Shown here: in pieces, positions 12,261-25,188 of the stretch | How positions within the stretch are numbered: the first letter of the stretch is position 1 | Layout: every line of letters starts with the position of its first letter | NCBI GenBank assembly: GCA_051047955.1 | Contig: JBPGPT010000001.1 | Location: forward strand, 62,001-126,000 | From: Cystobasidiomycetes sp. EMM_F5 | Lineage: Eukaryota | Reading direction: 5' to 3' | DNA length: 64,000 nucleotides | Notes under the pieces: model-generated | What the model saw: the letters and a program-made list of their open reading frames with translations, nothing else | Told to the model about the DNA's origin: nothing | The model's database searches: none | Translations under genes and position numbers: made by a program

Positions 12261-12933
12261 ATGGCTACGCAGGTAGATGCCATTGGAATGGGTCCAGTAG
12301 ACAACGCTCATCACGACCCTTTTATCACTAGGCTGCCGCTATCGTGACGGGCATGGTCGCCGTTGCCCAGATGGGCATCATAGCAGATCTCATAAACATC
12401 TACATCACGACAAAACCAGTCTCTGGCTTTCCCAGCGACGACGTTCGAGTCGCATTGATTTATGCGCTTGTTTCAGCAGTGTGGGGCACCTTAAGCGGCA
12501 TTATCGTTCCTTGCGTACATCGAAGGGACCCAATCACTGGCTTTCGTGTGAATGGTCCAACTGCGGCGACAAGTTGGCTGCTGGCTACCGGCATATTTGA
12601 CTTCATCGGGTACGTTTGCTGATCTGACCTTGGAAAGCCAGACAGTCGTACGTCAGCTAAAGCATACCTTCAGCGCCATACTTCTATCGAAGGCCGCTTC
12701 GCACGGTCGCGCCTGCGTCGACTCTACCCAAATCACCTGCCACCTGTTTACTGCCAGCCTCGTATTAGAATGGATCCTGAGTAAGTTCATTTCATCCTGG
12801 AGTTCGCTCATGCGATACACATCTAATGTTGCCCTTTCCACAAGCTGCCTTCACCGTCGTCACGATGCTATTTTCCGCAACGGGGAGCGGGGACTACCCG
12901 GACCATCTTGCGCCAGCAATGAGATATGTTTAA
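12261..12933 (+). CDS. Small four-TM membrane protein (MARVEL-like topology)
   Basis: MATQ|AAAIVTGMVAVAQMGII..., four hydrophobic segments, Cys pair in last loop (RAC...ITC), three GT-AG introns, ends AMRYV*. Confidence 0.55.
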
Positions 12934-13073
12934 AACGAGCTGACAAGACGTGAAATTAGGGCATCGTCACCATTTAGATTATCCGACGAATATGCTACAC
13001 GTGACACGAGATCTAGTGTTAAGGAATTAACACAGTGCTACAGGGTTGCGTCAGCTTGCGTAGCTAATTGCAT

Positions 13074-16000
13074 CTAAGTTATTCTAGACAGTATTTGAGA
13101 AGGTATCCATCCAACGTGAGCATTGTCTTCAGTCCTGACCAATGTGTGGCCTTCAATCATCCCGTCATGCAGCACGTGGAAAAGATCGCCGGTCCGACAG
13201 TCTAGGAATGGGTATCCGTTATGGATGGCAGGTCCATCTGGCGTATAGTGACGGGTCGAAGCACTTTGCCATCGCGCATTGATTGTATCGAGGGGAGGTG
13301 TCGACAGTGATGGCACGGTCGAACGCGTTCCGGCGGAAAATGCCAACGAGCTAGACTGCGATGTGGAACTTGCAGCACTTGTCCTGTTTGTGGTGTTCGT
13401 TGACGAATTGCTGATTCTGCGGAGGATTGAGCCACCAGAAGCCCGACCTTGTTCCGAAATGCTACTGCTGGCTGACGTTGTGTGCCGAAGTATGTCTCGG
13501 GAGGAAGTCTTGCGTAGCCGTCTTTCTGTGTGTTGGATTGCTCTATCTGCCTCCTGTATAGAGCCGACGCTTCCGCGTAACGAAGAGGTTCCTGTAGACT
13601 GGCTTAATCGAAGGCTGGGTGGGAGTGAGGCTGATAAGCGTTGTTTAGTCTCGGTCAAGAGATCGTTGGAGTTTAGAATCTTCAAGGCATCCAACTGAAC
13701 GACAATTGGTCTGTGTAATTGCCACCATGCAGACACTATACGACTAGCAGGGAGGTCGGGGGGTCCAAATTGAGTGCAGCATTTCGTGACGTACTGCTGC
13801 CACATTCCCGCCATAGCTCGGAGCAAAGCTGCCTGCAGACTCGCGAAACGGCCCAGTATGGCTGAGAACTTTAAATGCGGGCAAATGTCAGCAGCACTCG
13901 GCTGTATTGTGAGCATGCTAGACTGACGCATTTGTCAACGGCCAGCATAAACTTTGGCAATTCTGCAATAAGCTGAGCGTTGAGAGCATGATATGCTGTC
14001 CAGGCGTCGACGGCAATTTTGTCTGCATTTGCGGATGGCGCTTGATGGTAGCAGTCGATGTACTTGACGTGACGCTCTGCTCGGGGTCGGATTGTAAGCT
14101 GGATACATGTCGGAGTATTGATAGACTTACTGTTGATTACCGCACGAGGATCCCGGAATGATTCCAATAATTTGCTGACCTTGGGCTCGATGATTTTCTT
14201 GATTTGGTGGTCCTGCACGACAAAAGGACGTATGGCGCTTAGCAGATCTACTGCGATCGCTGCAACGCAAGTACAGGGACATACCGTATCCTTCCAAGGT
14301 CCGTCAAGACAGGCTTTGACCACGTTATTACCGAAATACATGACCGTGCGTCCGCTGCGCTCTACGTCCGGATCGTCTGTCATCACTGGCACGTAGATTG
14401 CTGCCCAGCTTGTTGACATCTTATGTAATGCCGACAGCATTGACCGCATAGAAGTGCTCCAGGCTTTACAATCCGGTGTAAAGGCTTCGATCTGACGATA
14501 TTTTGTGTCGACAAGTTTCGCAAGAACAGCGAACTCATCGTCTGTCGTTGGTATGCCATCCGCACGGAGCTGTTTAACTGATCTGCGAAGTTTCTTCGAA
14601 ACCGAAGCGGCAAGCGTCGACGATGGTTGATTGGAAGACGGCAAAGCACCGGCCGCGGAAGTGCTGCGCGGCTTACCGGACGAGAAAGAGGGCAATTTAC
14701 GGGGCGGCTGTCCGTCACTACGGACGCGGGGTTTGATCACTCGGCCCACTATTTCTTGGCGACGCTTGAGCTCGTTGATTGTTTCGGCAATGTGCAGCAT
14801 CGTCGAATTTGCCTTTACCAGCGGATCATGGTCGGTGTGGGTTTCAGGTGTGCAGGTTAGCAGGTTTTGCAGCAGCAGAGGATACTTGAGACACCTCTGA
14901 ACTGGCTTGATCAGCAGCGATGGGAGATCCCACGCGTTTGTGAGGCCCTGCGAAAGCTCCTTACATTCAAGGTTGTAAGTACGCAGATCGTCCGACAACT
15001 GTTCGTACCGAGCTATGGCAGTGCCAAATCGGGAGCAATAGACAGAGTACACCTCCTCTAATTTCTGCGCGTTGTCCAGGAAGACCTGGCCAAAGGATGC
15101 CGCTGCTGCAGGTACTGCTCCATCTGCTAAGACTTCTGCCGACTGCAGATCTTGATCAAGAGTGACGCATTCCTCAAGCCGCACTAAGAAGCGCTCTGAG
15201 AAATCGGCAACCATTTCTATGTTATTAAAAATGGAGGTCACGTCCGAAGGACTCAGAATTGCGACTAACGCTGCACCATTCGTGAAGCTTGTAGACGACG
15301 TCTTGCGGTGATGCCCGAAGCTCGGAAATGCGGAGGAGGTTGTTGATGTGGAGGGATTTGGTTTGCTACCCCGTGAGCTGAAGGGATTGTTGAAGCCTTT
15401 CAGAGACCTCATGGAGTTAAGAGATGCCGTCTTTACCATACTGGTCGAAGTCGCAGACAGACTACTATTCTGTCGCTCGAACATGGGTACCGAGCCACTA
15501 AGCGGTGACTCGCCCAAGCTTGGAGATGATCTGCTTTGATTCGGAGACGCTGGTGGCGTCCAACTCTGCGATTGAAGTATAGCCATGATTTCCCCTATTT
15601 GACGGCCCTTGGCGCGCGCGAGCCAGATGTCACGCGTCACTGCCATGTCGTGCGAGAAGGCCCGCTCGGTATCTACTAGCTCCTGAATCGTTCTTTGGCG
15701 GCGTATTTCCATCTTTGCAACTGAATCATCACCCGCTCTGGTGTTCACCGACGGTGCGCCTTCGGAATATACTTCCGGCAACGACAGTGTACTCTCTGAG
15801 AACGGTGTTGGAGGAAGCGAAGCATCGTAATCGACGGAAATGAGGGAAGCGTTTGTATTTGACCGAGTTCGCTGCCTGAGATCTAATTGCGTGGCTGAGG
15901 GAAGGGTATCGGAGGGTGGCATCTCGCTCAGTGGAGTCACGAAATCACTGAGGGATTCGGCCATCGAAGAGGTAGCAGAGATTGCAGCTTGCAGAGAAGG

Positions 16001-18606
16001 TCGACGAGGCTGCGTGTCGTAATGCGGTACCGGATGTCCGCTAGCGTTGCGCTGGACAGATGATGGCAATCCCATTCTACTACCTTGTTTCGAGTCAGCT
16101 TGATGCAGTGCACCTTGCTGTGATAGAGATCCACGAGGTGTGGTCAAGTCTTTCGGGAAATCAGGATCTGATTCTTCTGCAACGTCCTCTACAATAGGTG
16201 AGCCATTGCTTCTGCCGGGTCGAGTTGAGCGGTATAAAGCAGAAGATCGCGAGACTGATCGACCGAGCTCTTGGCTTTCTTCATAGAAAGCCCTGGCGAT
16301 TCTTCGGTCACTCGCATCGTGCTCCTCTTGTGTGTCGCTAATTCGGAGCTCGCTTGATGGGGATTGAGGTGAGTCGCCGAATGCGGTAGTGTCGGCGTAC
16401 GCTTTACTAGACTGTGGCCGCAGCCTTTGTGCGAGTTCTTCAGTGAGTGCCTAGATATCGTCGTATTAGTAAATGTAGGCCCCACACATTTGGACAGCAT
16501 ATCCATCACCTTTGCCTCTTGGTCAAAAGCCGCCTGCATGTAATCCTCATCATCGCTGGCCATCCTCGAAGGCGAGTGAGCCAAAGGTGCAGCTGAGACC
16601 ACCGGCAGATCCAACTTTGATGTGGAACTGTGAGAGATATTCATACTAGTGCTCGCGTACTTCGAACCCCTGTATACCAAATTATCCGGCACATCTGACG
16701 CTACAGACGATCGGGCCCAACCGGAGTCCTGCTTATCGTGTTGGAGCGGTCGTTCATATATCCCGCCTGTAGCATTGCTGTTTCTTGAGTATGCCGTACT
16801 AGGCATCGATAAGCGGAACGTGGAGTCCGCATCAGCGCCATTCGCCTTGTAACTTGCCCCACGCTCTACAGCAGCCATAAATTCTCGTTCGAGCTCAGCT
16901 TCGCGCTTCTCATCATCGCAAATGCTTTGAGTGCGACTACCGCTGCTGCGACTATCATCATCGTACACAAATGTTGCGAGAGAAGTAGCTTGCGACGATC
17001 GCGCTCGTGTGGAAGAAGTCGGTCTTTCGGACGAGGGTGAAGTAGTCCTGTGTGCCAGCACTTCGGCGGAATCAGGTCTTGCATGATTCGCAAGCCTTCT
17101 GGACGAGTCAGCGGTTCGTGGCCGGCTTGGTCGACTGTACGGCGCGACTTCTCCGGTGCCCGAACTCCCCGAGCTACTTCTCCGGACATGATTACTGCGA
17201 GTCAGCAAGGAAGGACTGCGCGGAGATCTAGGCGATGTAGGGGTATAAAATTGCCGTTCAGCCGACTTTGGAGTCATTCCAGATCCGGTTCTATACAGTT
17301 CATCTAGCTCGCTGGCTAGACGGCGATGCTTTGAATTCATCGAAGATGTCTTCGTAAGTGAAGGTGAGGCAGGAGGGCTGTACACAGCCGTTGGCGTTTG
17401 TTGACCGCCGACCGCTGTATGCGACGAGGTGTTCCGACTTATCGGAGAGCTCACCGCAGAGTGTGCTGCAGTATTCGATGAGTGAGAAGAGATGGTCCGT
17501 GGTCGTATATACATCCTAGGAGCCATCTCGGGTGATGCTGGATGCCGGAATCCTGGTGCTTCCAGGTCGCTGCTTTCGACTCCTTCGTCAGATCCCGATA
17601 CAGATGAGGGAGAAGGTGCGGAAGTGTACGGTTGTGTTGGTTTTGAAGACGCTGGCAAGGCAGGCAGCTGCTTTGGGGTTTGTTGAGGAGATCGAGAGAC
17701 AGTTGAGAACAGCAAAGGGAGGCCAGTCCTGACTGGACTCGATGGACTAGAAGGCCCAGGGCTTCCTCGCGACCTGTTTACTGGATCAGCCGGCCGTCGC
17801 GTTTTCCGAAGTTTGGCTGGAGACTCGGCTCTCTTGTCTGACTGGGTTGGCGAGCTTGACAGAGTGTTTGTCGATGCGTTTCTGCTTGGAGAAGAGGGTA
17901 TATACGATGTCATGTATATTGGTCGAGTTGTCGTAGCCGTCTGATATGCGGTCGATGGCTGTGTGGAGGTTGCCGACGACGACGAGTCGTTGGCATGGTT
18001 CGTATCGCTGTTGCCGGCAGTAGAGGAGGAGGAGGAAACGTTGTTGGCAGTGTCGAGCGGTATTTCGAGCGACAGCTTCATTTGCTGCATAAGATATGGC
18101 CGTTCGGGTTTCGGCGCCATCAGCGGCAACAAAGGCTTGTCCTCGTCTCTAGCTGATGGTGAATTGTTCTTGGAGGCATTGTCCATGGCACTCTCGTACT
18201 CGGTGCTGCTGGTGCCAGAAATGTCTGCCTCGTTGTTTACGCTATCTCTCCTGCTCGACATTGACGGAACAGGATTGCCGGCAGGACCGGGTGCTGATGA
18301 TGGAGTATTTGTTGCGATGGGATACGATGATGCCGACTCATCGATAAAGGCGTTCTTTGCACCGCTGTCGAGATTAGCTGGCAAGGCCGTTCCACCGGGG
18401 GACCGCATGACAGATGGTGACCGGATGTGGTCGCCGCTGGCAACGGCTGGAACTGCAGGAAGAAACGCTGAAGGAGAAGCAAGTCCGCTTCCTGTCGAAG
18501 CATAGCGTCTTGGAGATTTGGGCGGCCTTTGCAAATCGAGCGTCCGCTGTTTCGCGACTGCAGCTTGCGGACTGACAGCAGACGTTGGCCGGGCGTCGCT
18601 GCTCAT
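13074..18606 (-). CDS. Rho guanine nucleotide exchange factor (DH domain, BAR-like region; Tuba/Gef1-type) with long Ser/Pro-rich N-terminus
   Basis: RRQRTIQELVDTERAFSHDM, IFNNIE, LPSLLIKPVQRCLKYPLLL, INELKRRQE; SH3-like end (VGWIPS); spliced. Confidence 0.88.
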
Positions 18607-19089
18607 GATGGACAGGCCGGCACTGGCGCGCTATTCGCCAGAATTAGCAGAATTTGTCAGGGTATTTCAGAATATCACCTTGACGGCGCTGAACGGTAAA
18701 GAGAGCTTCTGCCAAGTTGACCATCAAGGCCAACCCCGATCACGCGTCAAGTGAGACAAAAGCATCATCACCATGCATACAATCAGACCAATATATGCGG
18801 AAGCTGCCAATGGTCTTGCATCTCTGACACTTGAGGACAGGAGGCATCATTCCGCAACAATGTCGATGTCAATGCTTATGCGGCATTAAATTGATGCATC
18901 ACGTTGCTCAGAAGTTCATAACATAATGTTGACTAGAGCTATCCAGCACCCACGTATCGCAATACCATTGCCAGCGGTATGGACTTCAGAGGCATCATGA
19001 GCGACAATAGCTGGAGACGTTGCATCGACCCGCGACTTTGTATTATAATAATGAATGTGAAGTTAGCGCTGTTCCAACAGTCATCAAGC

Positions 19090-20423
19090 ATGCCGCGTTC
19101 ACGATCCAGGTCGCCAGACCGTAGAGGGGAAGGTGATAGAAATAACTACTCTGCTTACAGCGATAACAGGCCAACATCACGGCCGGAACGGACGACACGA
19201 GGACGCAGCCGGACTCGGTCACCAGTGGACAGGCGACCTGAGAACGGGAAGGGCAAAGAGGGGGAGCGCAGTAAGGATAGGAAGTACGAAACTCACTCGC
19301 GAAGCGGCCATGATGAGCGGGATAGTTCGAAAAGGTCTAGACGGCCTCCGAGTCCGTCATCGTCATCGGAAAGCGATAGCGACAGCGGTGACAGCACAAG
19401 AGGCCGACGTGAAGACTTGCGACGGAGTGAACACGGGTCTCGCAGCAAACGCCGACGAAGCCGCAGTCGAAGCCGGAGTCGCTCGAGAAGCCGTGACCGT
19501 CGTGATAGAGATTCTGATAAATACGAAAGGGATAAGCGGAGGAAAAGAAAGGAAGAAAAGCGAGAACACAGGAAGCGTAAAGAAGAGAAGGTGAGATACA
19601 AGGCGCTTCAAAATGCTTCATTTCGCTAATCGCCGTCGTTAACGGTTGGATGCTATAGAGGGCCAAAAAAGCGGCAAGAAAAGCTGGGGCGGGTCATGAG
19701 TTTGGCAAATATGGTGTAATAACTGAGGCGGAGTACGTGGTGTCCTTTACGACCCTTTCCACCCTTGCTGACATCCCCACAGCATGAATGCCAAAGATTC
19801 GGAATTCAGACTATGGCTCATCGAAGAGCGCAAGCTGAGTATGTAAAAGCTACAGCTGCGTTTCCGAGAGATGATTAAAGCAATACGTGCAGATCCAGAA
19901 ACAGTCCCGACCGCAAAGATGAAGGAAAAATTCAGGTCGTTTGCTGGTGCGTTCGGCAACGACAATCCTGTTATAAACGTGATTGACATCTCCGTCTTCT
20001 GCAGAGGACTGGAATACTGTCACTCTACCAAACAAGTATTACGACTTGGCAGCTCATGAGCGCAAGTTACGCAGCATCGCCGACGGAGAAACGCTACTCC
20101 CTCTAGACGGAACGTACGATTTCCGCCAGGACGAAGCGGACATCAAGATAAAGACCAAAGCTGCGCCCGTCAAAGTCAGGCCCGAGGACGAGCTGTCCTA
20201 CGAGGCTGTGAGTAACCATGCAGACGTTTTTCTAGGATTGCGGAGCTGAGGGTTTTTCAGCTCACGGAACTACGGCGTGTGCAGCGTGAAAGAGTGGAGG
20301 GGGCTACGATGAAGAGGTTAGGACTGAAAGCCAAAGAGTCGCAAGGAGTGAGTGGCGCTGTGCATGTAGGGTGCATAGTATTGCTTATACTTTACATTGC
20401 AAATTTAGGTCCGATACGAGTAG
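19090..20423 (+). CDS. RS/Lys-rich nuclear protein with conserved C-terminal domain (probable RNA-processing factor)
   Basis: MPRSRSRSP, RS repeats, basic tract, then spliced FGKYGVITEAD-EFRLWLIEE-EDWNTVTLPNKYYDL-ELRRVQRER; ends VRYE*. Confidence 0.7.
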
Positions 20424-21059
20424 ATGTACCACATAGCGCGAGTCTGCTACGCACATAGTCACACAGAGACTCATAGCATCGCGACCTAAAACGCCGGGAC
20501 CAGGAAGACTTCGCGCTCCGCTCTCAGCCCGTTCCGCTAACACTAAAGCCGTTCTAACGGTTCCGCCGATCGCCACAATCTCAGCCACGCGACAAACGCC
20601 TACGCGTGAGCAGCTGCGTTGTACAGAGGTTGCCGCGGTCGAGACTCAATTTGGCCATCCGCGCTGTGTCTTCTCCTCACGTAATTTGGCGTGGGGGATG
20701 GCTGCCGCGTCCTCAAAATTGGTCTAGACCCGCAAGATCCTGCATTCCGCTCTGGAGAGACATAAAAGTGAAACGGGTGACTGACTCTGAGCAGTTCCGT
20801 CACAGTCCTCCGTCTAGTTCCGAGTCCGGTCGCACCGTTCCCTCACAACCATTCAATCGGCAAAATTCTGTCCATCTTGCTTGTCTAATTGTCTGACACG
20901 CAATTCTGACATCTGCTTACCTACTGAAATCTGAGAGTCTCAACGCAGCTCAACCACTGTCCAAAATCTGTCTTTGCGGTTCAATCAGACGTGGGTCAAC
21001 AATCGATAGCTGGGATAGTACTTCATCGCGTTCAGACTGATACACACTCGCACGCAGCC

Positions 21060-22845
21060 ATGGCAATCGATCTGTTACGCAAGTTCGGAGCTGGAATTAG
21101 GCGGCGGACAAACAGTTCCTCTGGCAGTATTACTGTGTCCACGGATGACGCATCGACGCCTTCAAACGTATTCTGCATCGATAGGAAGCCAACTCTACGG
21201 TGTTGCCAAAGCACCTACTCGCTGGTCGGCCAGCCAAATTCGGGATCTCGCAACCCTGACGTACAGCCTTTCTACGATTGTATGCCTTCAGTTGTGTCCG
21301 CAACCTTATTCTTCGGCTGACAGCTTGCGCATAGACGGCATAGCCACAGCTTCCGATGCGCCGCCCGGGTCGTCGTACAAGAGCTCCGATGACTACAGCG
21401 GGGAATCATTCTTGCGATGCTCAACTTCCGATGACGGGCAGCACGGCGATCACTCATTCCTCGATTTTGATCACGCTCCGCACAAAGATGATGACCGTGG
21501 TACTGCCAAAGTTTTGTTACTGGGCAGAAGCGGATCTGGCAAGTCGACATTCCTGAAACAGCTATCGTTGCTGTACGGTGCCCACGAAGAGCAACAATCT
21601 GCTCGGCGTGCGTGCCAGATCAGCATATATCTGGAGATCATCCAGATGCTGCAGTATACTCTTGCCAATTCGAATGATCTACATGCGACTGCTCTCTGTA
21701 GGATCAGGTTAGCGCCAGTATTATCGTTGCAAAATCAGTTGGAAGCCAGACTTGTGGAGACCAGATTAGACGAGCGAGGGTCTCGAAGTCCACCATACGG
21801 TGCTTTTGAGATTATCCCACACATTTTTTCGGCCTTGAAGAACGAAATACAAGCAGCAATGGAAAGTATGTCTCCGCTCGACAAGCTTCGACCTGTCTGG
21901 GCACAGTAAGTTCATTGGAAGTCAAATTCAATAATACTGACGCCTTGAACTCCAGTTTGTTGCGGCATCAGTCGCGAATGTTGTCATCACGCTTCCAACC
22001 CAATGAGGATGACATTGTCCGCATTCACCTGCCTGTACACGGCGTCGAGGAGCGACTCGTGCAGACGCCTGAAGCTCTCCCCATCCGAGTCTGCGACGTC
22101 GCGAACAGTCAACGCAATGTCTCTGTGTGGAGCCGTTTCTTCGAGGATGGTATGTTGCATCTATGGCCAGCATCGCACAATCTGATGAATACAGGGTTGT
22201 TCAGCGGACTGCATCATCTACTTCATCGATACATCGAGCTTCGATGTAGTGGCCGATGACATCAGCTCGGAACTTGAAGCTGCTTTTGACCAGCTGGAAG
22301 TAGTCTGTCGGTATCCGGCTTTAAGATCTGTGGATGTGTGCGTGTTTCTGTAAGTCTGTCTCACAGCAGGGTGCGCTAAGTCTCTACGACTCACGCTGCC
22401 CGTACTATAAAATCCCTCAGCAACAAGACAGACCTGTTGAAGCGCAAGATTCGATCGGGAAGCCGGTTATCACACTACTGTCCAGACTATCGTGGTGTAC
22501 GCATCTGGCACCATTTGAAATCACACGTCGTGCTGATTGTTGTCGCATCACGCAGCGGGACGGATCTGTTCGAGGCGCATTAGCATACATGCGCAGCAGA
22601 ATGGACACTATCGCAAGTCGCGATATTGACCAGGCAGATGAAAGGCATCGCAGTATTACCAGACGCATGTACTCGCACGGTAGGCTTGGTACATGTACAT
22701 TCCGCTGAGACTTGCAACTGACGATTCGGAGATTGCAGTCTTGCAGACAGCCGATATCGACCAGGTCGGTTTAGCGTTTCAAGCTTTGCAGGACTCGATA
22801 GACAAGCGACGGAATGAAGCAATGCTAGGCTCTTACGGTCTTTAG
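21060..22845 (+). CDS. Divergent heterotrimeric G-protein alpha-like subunit
   Basis: KVLLLGRSGSGKSTFLKQL, PNEDDIVR..G, CDV..W..FFED, CIIYFIDTSSFD, VFL|NKTDLL, C-terminus LGSYGL*; about 5 introns. Confidence 0.85.
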
Positions 22846-23367
22846 GCGATATAGCCAGTTGCGCTTAGCTAATTAATCGCAGTTTGAATCTTCTGAATGC
22901 ATCGAATAGACCTTGACCCAAACCAACGCATACAGAGGAAGCCATGTTCAATGCTGCAGATTTATTACGTGAATCACCTGAATAGGGTAGACATGGGTTA
23001 TTCGGACAAGGCAGCGGTGGAATCGCGGAAAATAGAAACTCTCCGCTTGCGACCTGGCCGCCGCCGGTGCCCCGCTCACCACGTACCGTTCTTCAAATAA
23101 CGACTTTCAATCAACGGCGACACCTGCGCGCTCTTATCCTTGCTTCCAACTGGACGAACGTAGACCTTTGCATTCTATTTCCAGCAGACTTAGGCGAGCA
23201 AGGCCAAACAAGTGACAGACGCGATCTGCGAGCTTCGAATTCGACGGGGACAAACAGACAACAAAAACAGCCAGACGAATCGAGAATCGGAATTGACGGC
23301 TGCTGCTTCATTCAGATCACATTGAATACCTGTGCAAAAGGTTGGATACTAGATCTACTCGCGCATC

Positions 23368-24895
23368 ATGATTTCGTGAGTCGTGCATCACGTTTCTGGG
23401 GCCCATCATGTTTTGACTGAAAAAAAATGTTCCTCACGTAGCCAGATTGTCGCTGTTTTGGCGCTGGCATCGGCTGCTCATGCTCAGAGTACTAGTATGA
23501 GTATGCCTGGCATGAACATGTCGTCGGGAATGGCGATGCCCACCGGGACCTCCAACTCGTCTGCCGCGAACAACGCGTCTGCCGCACTGGCCCTCTTGAC
23601 CGCTACGGTCCATGTGCAGGGTCCTATTGAAGGTGAATGCTGAAAGAACAACCTCCAATTTACAAAGCTAAAAGAGGCCATCTCCGCAGGTTACTTCAAC
23701 TTCACGTATACCAGCACTGGCGTCAGAGTATCTGGCTATAACTTCTCTGGCCTCACCAATACTACTCTTGGATCGTACGCTTACCACATACACACCAACA
23801 GGCAAGCTACAATCTTCCTGCTCATCATTCAATACCGCAAAGGCTAAGATTGTCTAAACACTGCAGAGTCGCTAATTACAGCGGGAACAACTCGGTTGAA
23901 GCCAGCGTCGCGAGATGCGGTCCAGCACTTGCCCATCTTGACCCGCTCAATGGTGCGTGCGCTTGTGTATCTGACTGCAATCGTATCGCATGTTCATATT
24001 AAAAGCCGAACCTTTCTTCAGTTACCGAGAACGTCAAGTGCAGTCCAGACGTAAGCGCATGAATGGACTGTTCTTACAACACGGCTGAATTGCTAATTTG
24101 ATGGGCAATGCCAGTTCCCACAATATTGCCAAATTGGTGATCTTAGCGGCAAGGTGAGCCTCCCTGACTTTTGAGCATCGATTGACAAGCCGCTGACAAA
24201 CAGACATCAATAGCACGGCACGTTGAATGCATCTTCGGCTGGAACTTTGCCGTCTTTCACTTACACCGACCCATTCCTCCGGTAAGTCTGGTCGTCTCCC
24301 TCTCACATCAGCCTATGGTGCTTTGTTATTGACGAGCAATAATCGTACATCACATAGGTTCTTCCCTGAGCCTTTCTCCCTGCTGGGGCGAAGCGTAGTG
24401 ATCCATGGCTTCAACAAGACTCGTTTGGGGTGCGGCAACAGTGAGTGTAAACGAATCTCTCTACGGATCGCAGTATGCTGAGCGCTCTGTGTGACAGTCA
24501 TCTCTGTCGTCGATGGAACTGCTACCGGAGGTAACGGCACATACGTAACTGCTTACCCAACTGCCAACCCACCGGCAGCCACCACCCTCGTGTCGATTGC
24601 CGTCAACGGATCTATCAATTCCGCTGGCCTTGCAGCCTTTAACTACACCTTGGCCTATCCCGCCGTCTCAGATGCAAACGCGACTGGCGTGTTCTTGACC
24701 ACCTCTGGTGGACAAAACGTCGAGCTTACCACCAGCTATAGTTATGGCACCTCGCTTCCTACTCAGGGTCCACTCCCCGCCGGAATTGTAGGTGCGGGCG
24801 CTAGTCCCACCACTACATCCGGAGGCTCTGCCCGCTACGCTGCCGGCAGTTTCTCTGCTGTGGTTGCTGGAATTGCAGCCATGCTCCTCGCTTGA
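23368..24895 (+). CDS. Secreted GPI-anchored Cu-only superoxide dismutase (Sod5-like)
   Basis: Signal peptide, YAYHIH, AHLDP, CQIGDLSGK|H, GRSVVIHGFNKTRLGCGN (no electrostatic loop), Ser/Thr stalk, hydrophobic GPI-type C-terminus. Confidence 0.85.
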
Positions 24896-25188
24896 TTTGC
24901 GGGGACGTCGTAAAACTTTTGCTTCCTTTGTGGACTATTTCCATTTCTTGACACAGGACTGTTGCTGCCGCGTCAGCTCGTACCTTGTCCCTCTGTAATC
25001 TGGGCATGGTTGCAAGGATATATTTTGTTGACGCCGATGTGCCCTGAATGTCTGTCTTTGCCACTGCAGAGCTTGGACCATCCACCTGACGTGCTACCGC
25101 TGTCCGTGCACCAACGCTCGCTAGCAATGTCCACATCTCAATAGCTGCACAACTGCAGCCTGAACATGTGTGCACATCTTGGATAGCA

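Noticed and set aside
18660..19000. Minus-strand TGATG.../CTGA pairs resembling C/D snoRNAs
   Set aside because: Box C is mostly imperfect and I recognised no rRNA guide complementarity
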